Shown here: piece after piece, positions 36,463-49,607 of the stretch
How positions within the stretch are numbered: the stretch's first letter is position 1
How the letters are laid out: each line of letters starts with the position of its first letter
Origin: Vitrella brassicaformis CCMP3155
Lineage: Eukaryota; Protista; Chromerida
Reading direction: 5' to 3'
Assembly (NCBI GenBank): GCA_001179505.1
Contig: CDMY01000908.1
Location: forward strand, 1-64,000
Length of the DNA stretch: 64,000 bases
The notes under the pieces: model-generated
Seen by the model: only the letters and a program-made list of their open reading frames with translations
Told to the model about the DNA's origin: nothing
Databases searched by the model: none
Program-made: the position numbers and the translations under genes

Positions 36463-36639
36463 CGATTGATTTGTCATGTGATGGTAATGGATGGATGGAT
36501 GGATGCACTGCTTTTTTCAGTGTGTGCCGAGTGTATGTGTCTGTGAGGAGAGAGGACTTTTAATCTCCCTGTGCAGCCGAAGGGGAGATTTTTCGACCTG
36601 CGTGGTGTACTGGCCGGGTGTGTGCCTTCCGTGTGTTGA

Positions 36640-37670
36640 TGCTACTGTGTGGGCGGGCTTCTGTGGCTGCTCGTCTCGCCTTCCTCTTGGACAGGTGAGC
36701 CGCCACGGCATCCCGGTCGTGCGGCAGCATCACCACAAATGGGCCACACGAGCTTGAGGGGTGAGATCTGAAATGCTTTCTTTTGTTGTCTCACGAATAG
36801 CTGATGTTATGTTGGGTCTCGCACCAGCGGGGGCGTTAGGGTGATCGAGGTGAGCCGCTGGGAGCAGTCGGTATGCGGCTCTCGGGTGACTCATCTTGAT
36901 CATGTGGATGCCACGAGTGCGGAGTCCCCGAATGGATGGATGGATGCACGTGAGTCTGACTCGACATTCGAACTCATTCGATAATGAATGAACGGACCTA
37001 GCGCCCTTATCACACGATTCACTTAATCTACTCAAGTCAGCCATCACGTCGCCATCTGTCTCTCTGTCTGTCGATTCTGTTCGTTACGCGTCTCCCGCAG
37101 CCGTGCTGAAGTCGGCATGACTGATCAAGGAATAGTCTCCACGCAACTCACTCCGTCAAATACCGCACTACACACAAACACACACACACACACACATATA
37201 CATACACGAAGCAGTGTCTTTCTCGCGCGTCTCGCCCGAATGCATGACATCATCCTTGTCCATGTCTCATGGTACTTACGTCTTGTCGTGTAGTCTCGCC
37301 AGGGATGGTTGCTGTTGGTCTCGATAAGGAGCTGCACCTCTCTGGGCAACTGCTTCAGCCATGCCTTGTCATTGTCTGGCACGGCCGACTTCATGGCTGG
37401 CTTCTCCCTTGCCGGTGCCATCGGCGAGAGGGCAGCGACGGATGGCGATGAGGTGTCACTGAGAATATCATGAGACAGCATTCGGGCATGACATCGATCG
37501 CACCGATTGCTTTACCCACCTCAGTGCAGCCCTCTCGGCTGGTGTCTCTGTGTCGTCCTCTCTCCAGCGCTTCAAGCGGGGCCGGTCGTCGCGTCGGTCA
37601 TGGTCACGGTGGTAGCCGTTCCTCTCCTCATGGTCACGGTCATCACGCCTGTCGTAGGATTGTCTGCGCG
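36640..37670 (-). pseudogene. Fragmentary Arg/Asp-rich coding remnant
   Basis: Exon-like QSYDRRDDRDHEERNGYHRDHDRRDDRPA* needs a frameshift to reach ..LKRWREDDTETPAERAAL|SDTSSP..WLKQLPREVQLLIE. No intact model found. Confidence 0.35.
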
Positions 37671-38143
37671 CGTGTGTGTGTGACTGGTGTGTATGCCTGG
37701 TGTCGTATGTGTGTTGGTGTGTTGGTTCCGATGATGCCGATTTTACGGCATGAGACGCTTGTGCGAGACGATCTCCGTGATTGAACGATCTTCCGATGGA
37801 CTCAACGGCACATGTACTGCAGCTATCAGTGGATATCCGCCATCTATTCGGCCCTTGGTGCTTGTATCATCTAGCGATTGCACAGCTGGACAGCACGGAC
37901 TCGTGTGTCTGATGGGGTGTGTGTGCGGGTCACGTGTCTATGTGACACGTGAGATGACATTGAAAGCCGACACACATAGACCAAGTCAATCAACACAAAT
38001 CGCATGAAAGCACGGCCTCTGTGTCTCAGGCATGGGACCCAGCCGCACACCTAGTCCTATACAGTAGTCTCCCGATTTGCTGGTGGCCGTGTGGACGATG
38101 CGCAGCGCACAGGGGCCTGTCTGTCTGCCTGTCTGTCTGTCTG

Positions 38144-40373
38144 TCAGTCAGTCATCTTCCGGCTCTGGTCTTCTAGATGCAGGGGCTGCAAGCTGCCGTC
38201 CCCATTGACATATCCCAACTCAGGCCACGCGAAATGGCAGTCAATGTCGCCCTGACACACACACACACACACATGCACGATTTTATCGATTTCGATCGCT
38301 GAGCGACTGACCAGGTGCTGATTGAAGCCCTTCTGGAGGCCATGCAGGCCCCCACGTGCGACCGCCTCGTCCATCCGTGCCTTGTGCACGACCTCACGCA
38401 GCCCCAGCACCCGCCCCTTGACGCCACCCACCACTTGGAAGCACTGCAGCGGCACCCGCACCGTCGCCCCGCCCACGTCGGCCATCCCCCCCCCCACCTG
38501 CCTGTTGCTCTCCGTCTTCAGCACGGCACCCATAACGAAGTGTTCCGCGGCCGAGTGGATGCGTCTGCCGAATGTGGTCTGGTGGCTGAGGTTGATTGCC
38601 CTCTCAATGTCCGTGGCTGCCTTGTGCTGGTCGAAGCAGAGGGCGGCGATGTGCCAGCCGATCAAGGCGCTCTCGCCATCCCCGAGGGCGAGGCGGGACG
38701 GCGCGGGGTCTTGGCCGTCGTTGTGGGGGGCGATGGGCAGCAGGCGGGTCAGGTGGGCAGCCAGCTCTCTGTGCGGCCTCAAAGCTCCATTGACGGCAGC
38801 CATCACCTGATGGGGTAGCTCATTGAGCACGGCCATGTACTCACGATCGACGAGGCCGCGGCGGAGTGCTCCGGAAATCTTATATCGTACAGCAGCCGTT
38901 CCCCAGTGCAGCAGCGTCCTGACGGCCTGCCTCCTCGTTGATGAGGCTCTCGTCCCGCACACTGCTGCGGTCCTCCCTACCGGGACCTGGAACTGCTGTT
39001 GTTCCTGATATTGCTGTTGCTGCTGCTGCTGCTGTTGTGTTGGTGGCGGTGGGGGGTGTTGTGCGTCGAGCGGCGGTGAGGAGGGGGAAAAGTGCCGACA
39101 AGACCCGGTCGCAGGACCTCATGGGACGAGAAACTAAGGCAGAGTGTGGTGGCGGGGTTCGAGGGCGTCCAGCGTCTGCAGGGCCATCTCAAACGCGGAG
39201 CTGCAGGTCCCGCCTTCGTCATTGTCGACATCTGCCGGCCGGAGCTGCCGACAGATGCACTCGAGAGCGTGGATGTTGGGGCTGTCTGGGCTTTGTCTCT
39301 CTTCTGTCGCTTGGCGGTTGGTTGGTTGGTCGGGCGCACCACGGCAGGCACTGCAGGTCCTCCGACTGAGCAGGTGCATTGATGTGTGCTGTGGGAGGCT
39401 GCGGTGGGGATGCTTGATGCGGCCTCCGCGGACGCTGCTGCCGGGTGGCCGACGGGCTCGTAACACTCGTCGAATTGGTCCACATCGGCCCACCAGTCAT
39501 CACCGTCGTCCGAGTCCACTGCATGAGTCAAACAGAGAACGTGTGACTCCCCGACGTCGGTGTCTCTGTTGGACATACAGTTCTGATGTGCCGTCGTCGA
39601 TCTCGCCTTCATCTGTCTCGATGTCGGCCTCGTCTTTGGCGCCCGCAGCCTTCTCCTCGGCCGCACGACTGAGACACAGCCCGACGGCCTTGGCGATCAC
39701 CTCTCTGTCTTCCTCCGCCTCACTCTCACGGAGGACCTCGGCCGCCACTCTCTGTCTCACCGTTTGCCTGCAGGCAGGCACCCCACACGGACACACAAGA
39801 GCGCCATATCTAACCTTGACTGTCTGTGTGTGTCTGAGTGACTCTCTCTGTCTCTATGTGTCTTACGTCTTGCGACGTAGATGCCCATCCCGTTGTTGGG
39901 GCCCCTCCGCCAAGCGCCATTGCGTGCATGTCGGATTGGTCCTCTCCATGCACACCACACAGCAGTCTACGTGTGACTGTCAAAATGCTTTCTTCAGACC
40001 AAGAGCCAGACAAACAGTGTTGAATGTCGGCAGCACCGGCGGCATCGTCAGCTCAGTATGGTTCCGACAGAGGGTGCTCTGACCAATGCCCGTCCACCAT
40101 ACTGGCGGCTTCCTCCCCCATCAAGACTGCAATTCGAGGACTGTCGTGCCCCACGGCAGCCGCCAGCAGCAGCGGTTGGAGACCGTCTTGGTTGGGCTGT
40201 GTGAGGATAGACGCGTCGACGGCCGTGAGGATCTCGAGGTACTCGAACACGAAGCTTTGCGAGAATTGGGTGGTTTCGACGAGGCTGCTGTTGCTGATAT
40301 TGCTGTTGCCGCTGCTGTTGTGTTGGTGGCGGTTGCTGTCAGTCGGCCATCCATCCATCCATCCATCCATCAC
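38144..40373 (-). pseudogene. Degenerate member of an ankyrin-associated expanded family; C-terminal ORF intact
   Basis: Ankyrin-like NQDGLQPLLLAAAVGH followed by stops and frame breaks. The C-terminal ORF 38144-38962 ends RVLGLREVVHKARMDEAVARGGLHGLQKGFNQHL|GDIDCHFAWPELGYV, which I recall as typical of a large Vitrella-specific family (needs BLAST). Internal duplicate tgatattgctgttgc..gctgttgtgttggtggcggt near 39007 and 40296. Confidence 0.5.
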
Positions 40374-40596
40374 CCCCTCCCGCCCCTATCGAGCCATAGG
40401 TAGCATAGATAGATGACGTCACTCACGCATGCCCCACACACCATCCAAGATATGGAGGATTGCATCACCACCCGTCACGCGGCCCCTGATCTGATAAACA
40501 CATGGATAGTGCAGAGAGACAGATGTCAGTACGTACATAGTGCATGAGATGCGTGTGTGGGTATGTATGTATTGTCATTTGGCCTTGGCCTTACTC

Positions 40597-41839
40597 TCAG
40601 TTAGTCTTCGCTTTGCCCTTTGCCTTGCCTGACATGACACCCGGACAGACACGCACAGCGATACGCATCTCTCCATCCGTTCATCATCCAATGAATGGTC
40701 CCAGGCCTGTCCATCCCCACGCACCTTTAGCCTTCGCCTTCGCCTTGCTCGCCGCCTTGCTCTTGGTCTTGGCCTTGCAGACGAGCTTCTTCACGCGACG
40801 ACCGCCGACCGCCTCCTCCCCAATGTCAGCAGCCACTACATGATTAGCACAGCCGCATATTCGTGGAGACACGGATGTCTATGTGTGCAAAACGGAACTC
40901 TCTCTCACCCCTGAAATTCTGTTCTCGGATGTCAAACCCGAGGAAATCATTGTCTTTGTAGGCAAAGCCTCTTTCTGCATCACAAGCAGGACCATAGCAT
41001 ATCTAAATGACATCTTGCTTCCCCTCATCAATTACCCATGGCGGCTTTGGCCGTTAGCCGCATTGCGGCTTGGCGAGGGCGACCAGCAGCAGCAGCGGCC
41101 TCGTCAACACCCACGGCAGGTGGGGCCGTTATCGGGGCCGGGGGTGGCAACTGCGGCTCTTCTGCCTCGGCCGCCGCGGCCATGGCGAGGTCGGGTGGCG
41201 CGAACGGCTGCTGCTGCTGCTGCTGCTCCGGCTCCTGCTGCTCGGGTGCTGGTGGGGGGGCCATGTTCATCTCCTCCCCCATCTCAGCAGCAGCTGCCGT
41301 CAGGCTGAACCTGGACCTCTTGGGCGACGGGGACTTGTCCTCCTCCTCGCGCTTGCGTTTGAGGTCGAGGGACACTGCGGGAGAGAGGATTGCATCACCA
41401 GGAGACAGCGGCACGAGAAGTGCCGCAGCAGCTGCTGCCGCTGCTGCTGCCTTAGGGGCCTCCTGAAAGGGCTCTGGAAGAGCACTAGGGGTGGTCGATG
41501 GGGTTGGTGGGGGTTGTGGGTTCCTGCAGGCAAACACGACACGACCTTGTCACCTTGTGTGCGTGTGTGCGTGCGTGTGTGCGGCTGAGGATCTGTCTCA
41601 CCCATCTCGGTCGGCATCGTATCGCCGGCGGTAGTTACTGTCCCTCTCACGCAAGCGAGTGCGGTCACGGTCACTGTCACGACCGTACCCACCGCCCCCG
41701 CAGACAGAGCAACCACACACACACACACACACAATGAAGAGGTGTCTGCGTGTCTCTCCATGTCGTGTGTACGGGCGCTCACCCTTTGCGCTTCAAGGGC
41801 TGTTCGTGTAGTGTGTCGACGGCGGCCGGGTCCTCCTCA

Positions 41840-41882
<43 letters not shown>

Positions 41883-43770
41883 ATGTGTCACGGCAAACCT
41901 TGCGCCTTCTAAACCTCGGGCCAGCTTGCCGGATTCCGTCCCTGGGGCGCTGGTCCTGGGAGTCGCGCATCAAGGGGTGCCGCATGCGGGCTTCCATTGA
42001 TGAGCAGGGGCGTGATTTGAGTCGGTCGTCTTCCTCTTCCTCCTGCGCCCGGTCACGGTCACGGTCGCGGGCACCGCCCTCACCGGCACCATCATGGTCA
42101 CGGTCGCGGTGGCGGCCGCGGGAGGTGTGGCGATCCCGCTGCTGGTCGCGGTCGCGGTTCTCCAGGCTCTGCATAAACGTGGGGGCAATACGACCTGCAC
42201 ACACAACATACACATGGACCAACACAGAGAGAAAGGAAGGAAGGCATCCGAGTGATCTCCCTGATCCCTTGTCATTGGCTTACGTGGAGTGACGCCCCTT
42301 TGCGTCTCCTCGTGCTCATCTCCGTGGTCCTCCTGGCTGGGCGGCCGGTGGCCGCGGTCCCCGCCAGTGGGCCGCCGCTTGAGCTTGCCCCCGTCCAGAC
42401 GACCGATGCCCAGGTCACTCGAGTCACGCGATTTGCCCCCTCGTGAGCTGGTGCGGTCAGCAGGGGAGTTGTGGGGCGGCGGGGAGGGCTGTGGTTGTCC
42501 CTCGGGGCCTCACTGGGCGCAGCTGTAGCAGAGTGTGGCTCAGGGTAGCCACGGCGACATATCTGACGACAGACATACAAACAAGAGAGCTGTGGTGGTT
42601 GGCGTATGTATTGTGCTCTCGGTCGGTTGCGTACTGGTGATGGTTTGTGCATGGGCTCCCTCATGGAGGCGTTGTGTTGTTCCGGGGCAGCATGTCGACA
42701 TCCCTTCTCCCAGCAACCTCACCCCCACGGCCCTGCTCCCGGTCCTCATCGACATCCATCAGCTGCCGCGCACCATCGCTGTCTCCCTGCACACCACGCT
42801 CCTCCCCACCCCGTTGCCGCATCCTGTCCCTCGTGCAATGGTCCTGGGAGTCGCGCGTCAAGGGGTGTCGCACGCCGGCTCCCCTGTCAAGGCCGGTGGC
42901 GTGGCCCTCGCCGTTGAAACGATGCATACCACGGCCACGGCCGTGCTCACGCTCCCGCTCACGGACATGCTCATCTAGCTGCGGGGGCTGCAGGTGTGGC
43001 TGTCATGATGGTGTTGGTCTCTGCGGAATGGCAGCAGTAGCTGCAGCTGCAGCAGCAGCGGGGGGGGGCGGGTTCCTCGTCGTCGTCCGAGTAGTAATCC
43101 TGCATCACGGCCCGCAGCCCCTCCACGTTGGCCTCTTGCTGGGCCATCCAGGATGGCGAAGTGGAAGCTCTCATTGGGCTCCGAGGCCGTGGTGGGGCTA
43201 TCTCCTCCGGAGGGAAGAGAGGAGGCGTCGGCGGCCAGCTGGTCATGGTCCGGTCTCCTACGACGATGGCTACGATGCGATGCGAGCCACGGGAGAGCTA
43301 CTCAACCAGACGGGGGGACGCCGAACGTCCTCAGCACAACATAACCGTGCCTGTAGGTGAAAACAGACCCCTTTCATCAAGATACTTGGGAGACGCCCCC
43401 AAAGCACGCTCAGATTTGCCTGTTCATCTATGCTTCTTGTTGCCGCCGCTGGAACGGTGTCACCGTGCTGGTCTCTGCAGCGTCGGGGTGATCGAGGTGA
43501 GCTGCTGGGAGCAGTGGATGTGCTGCATGCTCTTGGTGACTCATCCATCTCTACTGCACTAACCAGCGCGGAGTCTGCGACATTGACGGATGCATATGTG
43601 CGTGCATCCGACTCGTTGAACTCAGTCGACAGATAAGTGCTTAATCGGATGTGGCGGCCGGCATCACACGATTCATCCATCTACCACAGGTCAGCAGTCA
43701 GCATGTCTCCGTCTATCGGTCGCTTCTGTCCGCTACTCGTCCCGCGCAGCTGTGCTGAACTGGGCATCGA
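40597..43770 (-). CDS. Low-complexity Arg/Asp/Ser-rich protein with Lys/Ala-rich (histone H1-like) tail; 5' part possibly disrupted
   Basis: The 3' exons join in frame: RDRDQQRDRH.., poly-Ser, LKRKREEEDKSPSPKRSRF, ..AKAAM|VAADIGEEAVGGRRVKKLVCKAKTKSKAASKAKAKAK|GKAKGKAKTN*. The module RHPL(M/T)RDSQD occurs twice (about 41975 and 42860). The upstream part needs a frameshift in a homopolymer near 43060 and has an in-frame TGA. The start is uncertain. Confidence 0.5.
41841..41886. repeat. (GACGACGAT)n 9-bp tandem repeat encoding poly-Ser on the minus strand
   Basis: About five units seen directly. Confidence 0.9.
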
Positions 43771-44229
43771 CTGACGATGCTCATCTGACGCACACTTCAG
43801 CAGTCCTGCTCAAGATGAGTAGCGCACAGGTCGATCAATGAACAGATTGCGCTCAACTCTGTGGGTCAGCCGTCTTCATGACGATGGCTCTGTCTGTCTG
43901 ACTGTCTGTCTGTCTGTCCGTCTGTCAGTTCTGCACGTCACACGCCTCAGCCTGCCCGCCCGCATCAGGCACCGAATGACTTTGCATCATCAGTCAGTGC
44001 CGGATGAGCCATTCAAGCTGAAAGCGAGCACCGCACAGTGGACAGACACATCAAGGCGAGAAAGAAGGCAAGACGCCACACACAACACGAGACCTCACTG
44101 ACCTCTCTGTCTGTCTGTTTGCCTGTCTGTCTGCCTGTCTGTCTGCGGGCACATGTTTAACGACGGTCGGTGGCATCATCACATATCACACAGAAGGCAC
44201 GGCCCGTCATGTGCAGCTTGAGCAGCTAG

Positions 44230-46531
44230 CTAGGACACATAGACCTTCTGGAAGGACTTGATGGGATATGACTCACGGCTCCGCGGACACTGCACACGCC
44301 CGCCAGACACACCATAGATGCCACTTAAGGGTATTTCCAGCTCCCGGCTAACCTCGACGTAGCCATTGGTCGACTGAGCTGCCAGGGCCTCAATCGCCTG
44401 CAACACACACACACACACACACACAACCACAGCACACATTCAGCACACTGCCTGCCAGCATCATGTGTGTGTGTGTGTGTGTTTGCCGCTCACCGAGGTG
44501 GCGTACACAAACCCGGCCGGCGACGCCAGTGGAGGATCGTTCTCAGCCTGACAACCATCACACAACAAGTGTTCACACAACAAGTGTTCACAAGAACACA
44601 TGCCTCTCCTCTCCCCCTCCCTCTGCTCACGATGGGTTCTCCAGTGATGCCGCAGACGAGTGTGCTCTGGACGTGGTGGGGTGCTGGGACGTCCTTGAGG
44701 TACTGTGTCCACCCCGGGTCGCACGTAGGGCATGTGACGGAGCGGTGCTCCTCACACAGGGGGGACTTCATGGCGAAGAAGCCCGCCTGCAGGAGGATCT
44801 CCAGGAGGGGCTTGGGGGGGAAGCCGTAGAGCTGAGAACACTGCACACACCGAAACAAAGAGATACACATTCAATGTGCGTATCAATGGGTTTTGTCCGT
44901 GTGGTGTGGGTGGCTGACGGCTTCATTGAAGAGAGAGGTGAGCAGGTCCCACCGAGAGTCCTCCATCAGCCGCTGACACGCCACGCCATGGACACACACA
45001 CGTGATTTCGTGAGTGAGTGAGTGTTGGCGCGTGTGCATTGTCTGTTTATCCCCCCCTGGGCATGGCATCACTCCCTCCCTGGCTGGCTGACCATGTATT
45101 CGTTTGGCAGCTTGTCAGTGCCGATGTTGACGAAAGCCAACATGGCCATGATCTTGCGCAGCTCAGCGCAACCCTCTGAACCAACCATCCAGACAACGCC
45201 ATCACAAAACGCATGTCATGTGATGTGCCTCCGTCTCGTCAGGCTGCATGAGATTGTGTGTGTACTTTCATTGCTGTGCATTCCCTCCCTGACCGACCGA
45301 TGTCTGATGGATTGAGATTCTCGCGCACATATTTGACGGCCTGGCCACACACACACACAGAGTCAGAAGGGCAACATTTCAGAGCGCATGTCGTTTCCCT
45401 CCCTCCCTCCGCCCCCTCACCTCTTGTGCTTTCTTGTCTGCCATGAGCCCAATGACGTGCTGCAGATGCAGCTGCGTCTCGAAGGACGACTGCACAACAC
45501 AACACACCGCACCAGACGACACACACGATGCACACGCAGCCGTTGCAGACAGTCATCTATCTGTGTGTGGTGTGGTGTGGTGTGGTGCCTGCAGTTTCTT
45601 GAGCCTCGATTTGTTGGCGGTGCACCACTCGAGGGCCACGGCGGTCTCGTGCCGCTGGAGGCTCTGCAGCACCTCGTTGGCCTGACGGAACACCTCCTCG
45701 TCCACCATGTCCTGACACGCACAACAAACACACACCATGCTCACAATACGTAAGGCACACACACACAGCTCTCCCTCCCTCCCTCCCTCTGTGTGCCTGT
45801 TTGCCTGCCTCTCTGCGTCGCTAACCCACCTCCAGATCCGCCGCCTCCTTGAGTGCGTCCGCCGTCTTGGTGAGCCCCCTCCTGGCGAGGTAGTCATAGA
45901 CCATCCTGTCGACCTTGCGGGCGTAGGTGTCGAAGGAGAAGTCCCTCTGCCACCCAGCCAAAGTGTGTGGGCCCAGGTGGCCCACGGGGATGGCCGGCTC
46001 CTCCTGCAGAGTCCGCAGCCGCTTCTGGCAACGCGACACGTACATGTCTGCTTCCTGGGAGGCTTCTTCCACCTAGTGGACACACACACCCATACACACA
46101 GAGAGAGAGGGACGGAGAGATCAAGGAAGGGATGGCCATGCCATGTATGAGTGTGTGTGACACACACGCACACACAGCCATACACACACACAGGGAGGTC
46201 CATGCCATGCCTACCTACCTACCTTGTTTTTGAGGTTTTGCAGCTTGTTGATGAGTCTGTCCATCCGGGTGAGGCACTCATCCCTGGCCCCCTCGGAGCA
46301 GGACCTCCCGATGTAGGTGACGGTGGCGCCCACCTCCTTCTCGACCTGCTTCTGCAGATTGCGAAAGGCCTTCATCAGACACTCGTAAGGCACCTTGATG
46401 AAGGCGTACTCGTAAGCCGGCACCTCGGCCGACGGAGAAGTGGGTGCACTGCCGGCACTGCCAGCGCTCCCATCTGTAGCAGCTGACGAGCGGCGCTGGG
46501 CTGCGGCTTCGCCAGTGGCACCGTTGTTCAT
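44230..46531 (-). CDS. MAEA: MAEA/EMP/Fyv10 (Gid9) subunit of the CTLH/GID E3 ligase
   Basis: FIKVPYECLMKAFRNLQKQVEKE, LisH DRMVYDYLARRGLTKTADAL, CTLH SLQRHETAVALEWCTANKSRLKK, CRA LYGFPPKPLLEILLQAGFFAMKSPLC, CPTC, and degenerate RING HHVQSTLVCGITGE..NDPP..G.VY..CPRS..KVYVS*. Confidence 0.93.
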
Positions 46532-46922
46532 GCTGGGTGTTGCCGAGTGTGCTGTGCTTGTCAATCCGCTGTCTTGGCGCGTGCAGGGGCGGTCTTGTCC
46601 CTTCTTCCTCTTCCTCTTCTTCCCTTTTTGCACCGGGGGGAGCTTCCCTTTTTTCCGCGAGCTGCGGGGAAGTCTGCGAGCTTAGCTCCAGGGAACCAAA
46701 CAGAAAAGCGAATTAGCAGGGTTGCCACCTTCATCGCCTGGCTTGATTCCCTTCCCATCCAGCGAACTCATTCATCCCGACTTCGGCAAACGTCGGCCGC
46801 CCTGCCCTCCACTGTGATGCCCATCGCCCTCCCTACTGTCGAACCACCGCCCAGGCGTCCCCTTAATTGATCCCCCTGCATTGCATTCATCGGAGAGCGA
46901 TAAAGTAAGTCGCGAAGTCGTG

Positions 46923-49574
46923 ATGGCAGCGAGCGCCAAGGCGGCCCAGGGCCGTGGGTTCGAGGTGGGTGGTCTGTGTCTGGCCAACGGCAAGCCGGCC
47001 ATCCTGCGATTCAAGGGCGAGGCGCGATTCGGGGCGGGTGCGCGGAATACATACAGAGGAAATGCAACCAAGCATTCATCTGCCATTCATCGTGTCAGTC
47101 AGGGCACTCACTCTCTCTGTGTGTGTGTGCTGCCTGCGGTATTCAGGTGTTTGGTATGGTGTTGAGTTCATCGATAAGGCCCTCGGCAAGAACGATGGGG
47201 CCGTGCAGGTAGGTGAGGGAGGAGGTGGGGGAAAGCAGAGAGAGGAAGAGATAGATTGCTGCCTGGCCGCGATGTGCGTCATCATCCTGCACAGGGATTC
47301 CGGTATTTTTCTTGCCCTCCCAACCACGGCCTCTTTGTGCGCGAGAGCGCACTCAAGCCTTACTCAGGCACACACACACGCGCCCCAACAGAGAGAGATG
47401 CACTCCATCACTCGACCCTCTCTCTCTCTCTCTCTCTGTCCAGACCAGGAGAAAGCTGCCGTGGCCATCCAGAGCCTCGCTCGTGGCTCCAAGGCCCGCA
47501 AGAAGGCCAAGCAGGACATGGCCCTCCACGCATGGACGCAACTCGAAAACAACGAGGAGAGCGAGTTCCACGTCAACAACCGAGACGTCGCCTCGCAGGT
47601 CACACGGGAGATACGGCGGAAGTATGGGGCGGGTGAGGAGCCCAAGGCGCTGCTCCAGACGGCCACGCAACGGCGGCTGAGCAGGAGTGTCTATGGCACC
47701 ACCCCGAGGGCCAGCATCTCGGAGGCGGCACTGATGGCCGAGCAGATCCCTGACAGCTACACGGTCGGTCGGAGGGTGTGTGGGTGTGCTGGCGGGAGAG
47801 AAGGGCAGAGGTCTGTCGTGGTGTGTGTGTGTGTGTGTGTATGGGTGTGTGTAGGGTCCCCGTATTGACTGGCCGATAACATGGGACATGTGCCATCGGA
47901 TGGTGCGGCACTACATTGAGAGTCCCGACGTGATTCTGCACAGGTAGGTACCCACCACACCCCTCCCCCCCTCCCACCCTTTGTGTGTCGACACCATGAC
48001 ATGTGTGCAGACGGTATGCGTGGGAGCTGCTGTGCGGCTTCGAAGACCAGCTCGAGGACACCGTGCCCAACGCCGTGCGGCACTTCACCATCCCCAAGGA
48101 GAGCGGCGCGAGGTTGCTCCTGTGTGGGGATGTGCACGGGCAGCTGGCCGACGTGCTCTTCCTGTTCTACAAATTCGGATACCCCTCACCCAACAATGTG
48201 TACGCAGAGGGACAGGGAGAGGCGTGGATGGATGGATGGTGTGTGTGTGTTGGGTGTCAGGTATTTGTTCAACGGCGACCTGTGTGACCGCGGGATGTAC
48301 GCCACGGAGATCCTGCTGCTCATCTGTGCCTTCAACCTCTTGCACCCGGGATGTGTCCTCGTCAACAGAGGTAGGTAACACACACCACCACACACCACCA
48401 CATGCGCACATACAAGGTTGCAAGGCATGTGTGTTGTGTTGTTCGTTTCTTTGCAGGCAACCACGAGAGCACCGACATGAACGAGGTCTATGGCTTCGCT
48501 CTGGAGGTGCGGCAGAAGTACGGCGGGCTGATCTTCCAGAAGTTCCAGGACATATTCCACCTCCTCCCTCTCTGCACCATCATCGATGGTCAGCCAGTCG
48601 AGTGAGGAAGGACCCCTCATCCCTTCAGCGTCTTTTGTGCATCACTGCCTGCCTCCGTGTGTGTGTGTGTGTGTGTGTGTCAGATCGGATCTTCTGCGTG
48701 CACGCCGGCCTCTGTCGGCGCGACGGCATCTCCCTCTTGCACCTCAACGCCGTGGACCGGTACCGCCCCTGCCCCGACAACCCGGTGTCCTTCCAGGACA
48801 CGGTCATGTTCGACCTGCTGTGGTCGGACCCCCAGCCCCACTACGGCATCGGGCGGTCCACACGGGGGCCCGACTGCATCGTGTATGGGCCGGATATTAC
48901 TGACCGGTTTCTGGCGAGGAACAAATTGGAGGTCTGCATCCGCTCTCATGAGGTGAGGTGAGGTGGGTGCTCGGGGGGGATGGGTGGGTGGGTGGGTGGC
49001 TCTCTCTCTTTCTTTCTGAATGTGCGGTTTGGTTGTGCCATTGTGTGTGTGTGTGTGTGTTTGTGTGGTTGTGCAGGTGCCATCTACGGGCAGGGGGTTT
49101 GAGGTGCAGCACCAGGGCAAGTGCGTGACGGTCTTCTCGGCATCAAACTACTGCGGCGCATCCAACAACTATGGCGGAGTGGTAATATATGTAATCAGCC
49201 CCACCTTACCACCTTCTATGCGTGTGTGTGTATGTGGGTGCGTGTGTGTCGGCGTGCAGATCCTCTTTCAGTCCGACCTCTCCTTTGAGATTCAGGAGTA
49301 CTGGGCGCCCACCATCGACCAGCTCAGAGAAATCGTCAAGGAGTCCGACCAGGTCAGCCTCCACACCCACACACACACTCATGCCGTGGCGCCTATCTGT
49401 GTGTGTGTGTGTGTGTGTGGTGGTGGTGTGCAGGTGTCAGGGAAAGTGTATGACATGGCCACGAGGCTGAAGAGAGCCGAGAAGAGACGATCGACGTTCA
49501 TACTCGAAGTGAGTGCGTGAGTGCTCAGTTCGTTGCGCGACCTCTGGTCCCTCTCCCTCGCTCCCTCTCGCTCC

Positions 49575-49607
<33 letters not shown>

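Noticed and set aside
41038-43562. Plus-strand ORFs (41038, 41070, 41750, 42647, 43128)
   Set aside because: Antisense shadows of the GC-rich low-complexity minus-strand gene. Splice signals support only the minus strand.
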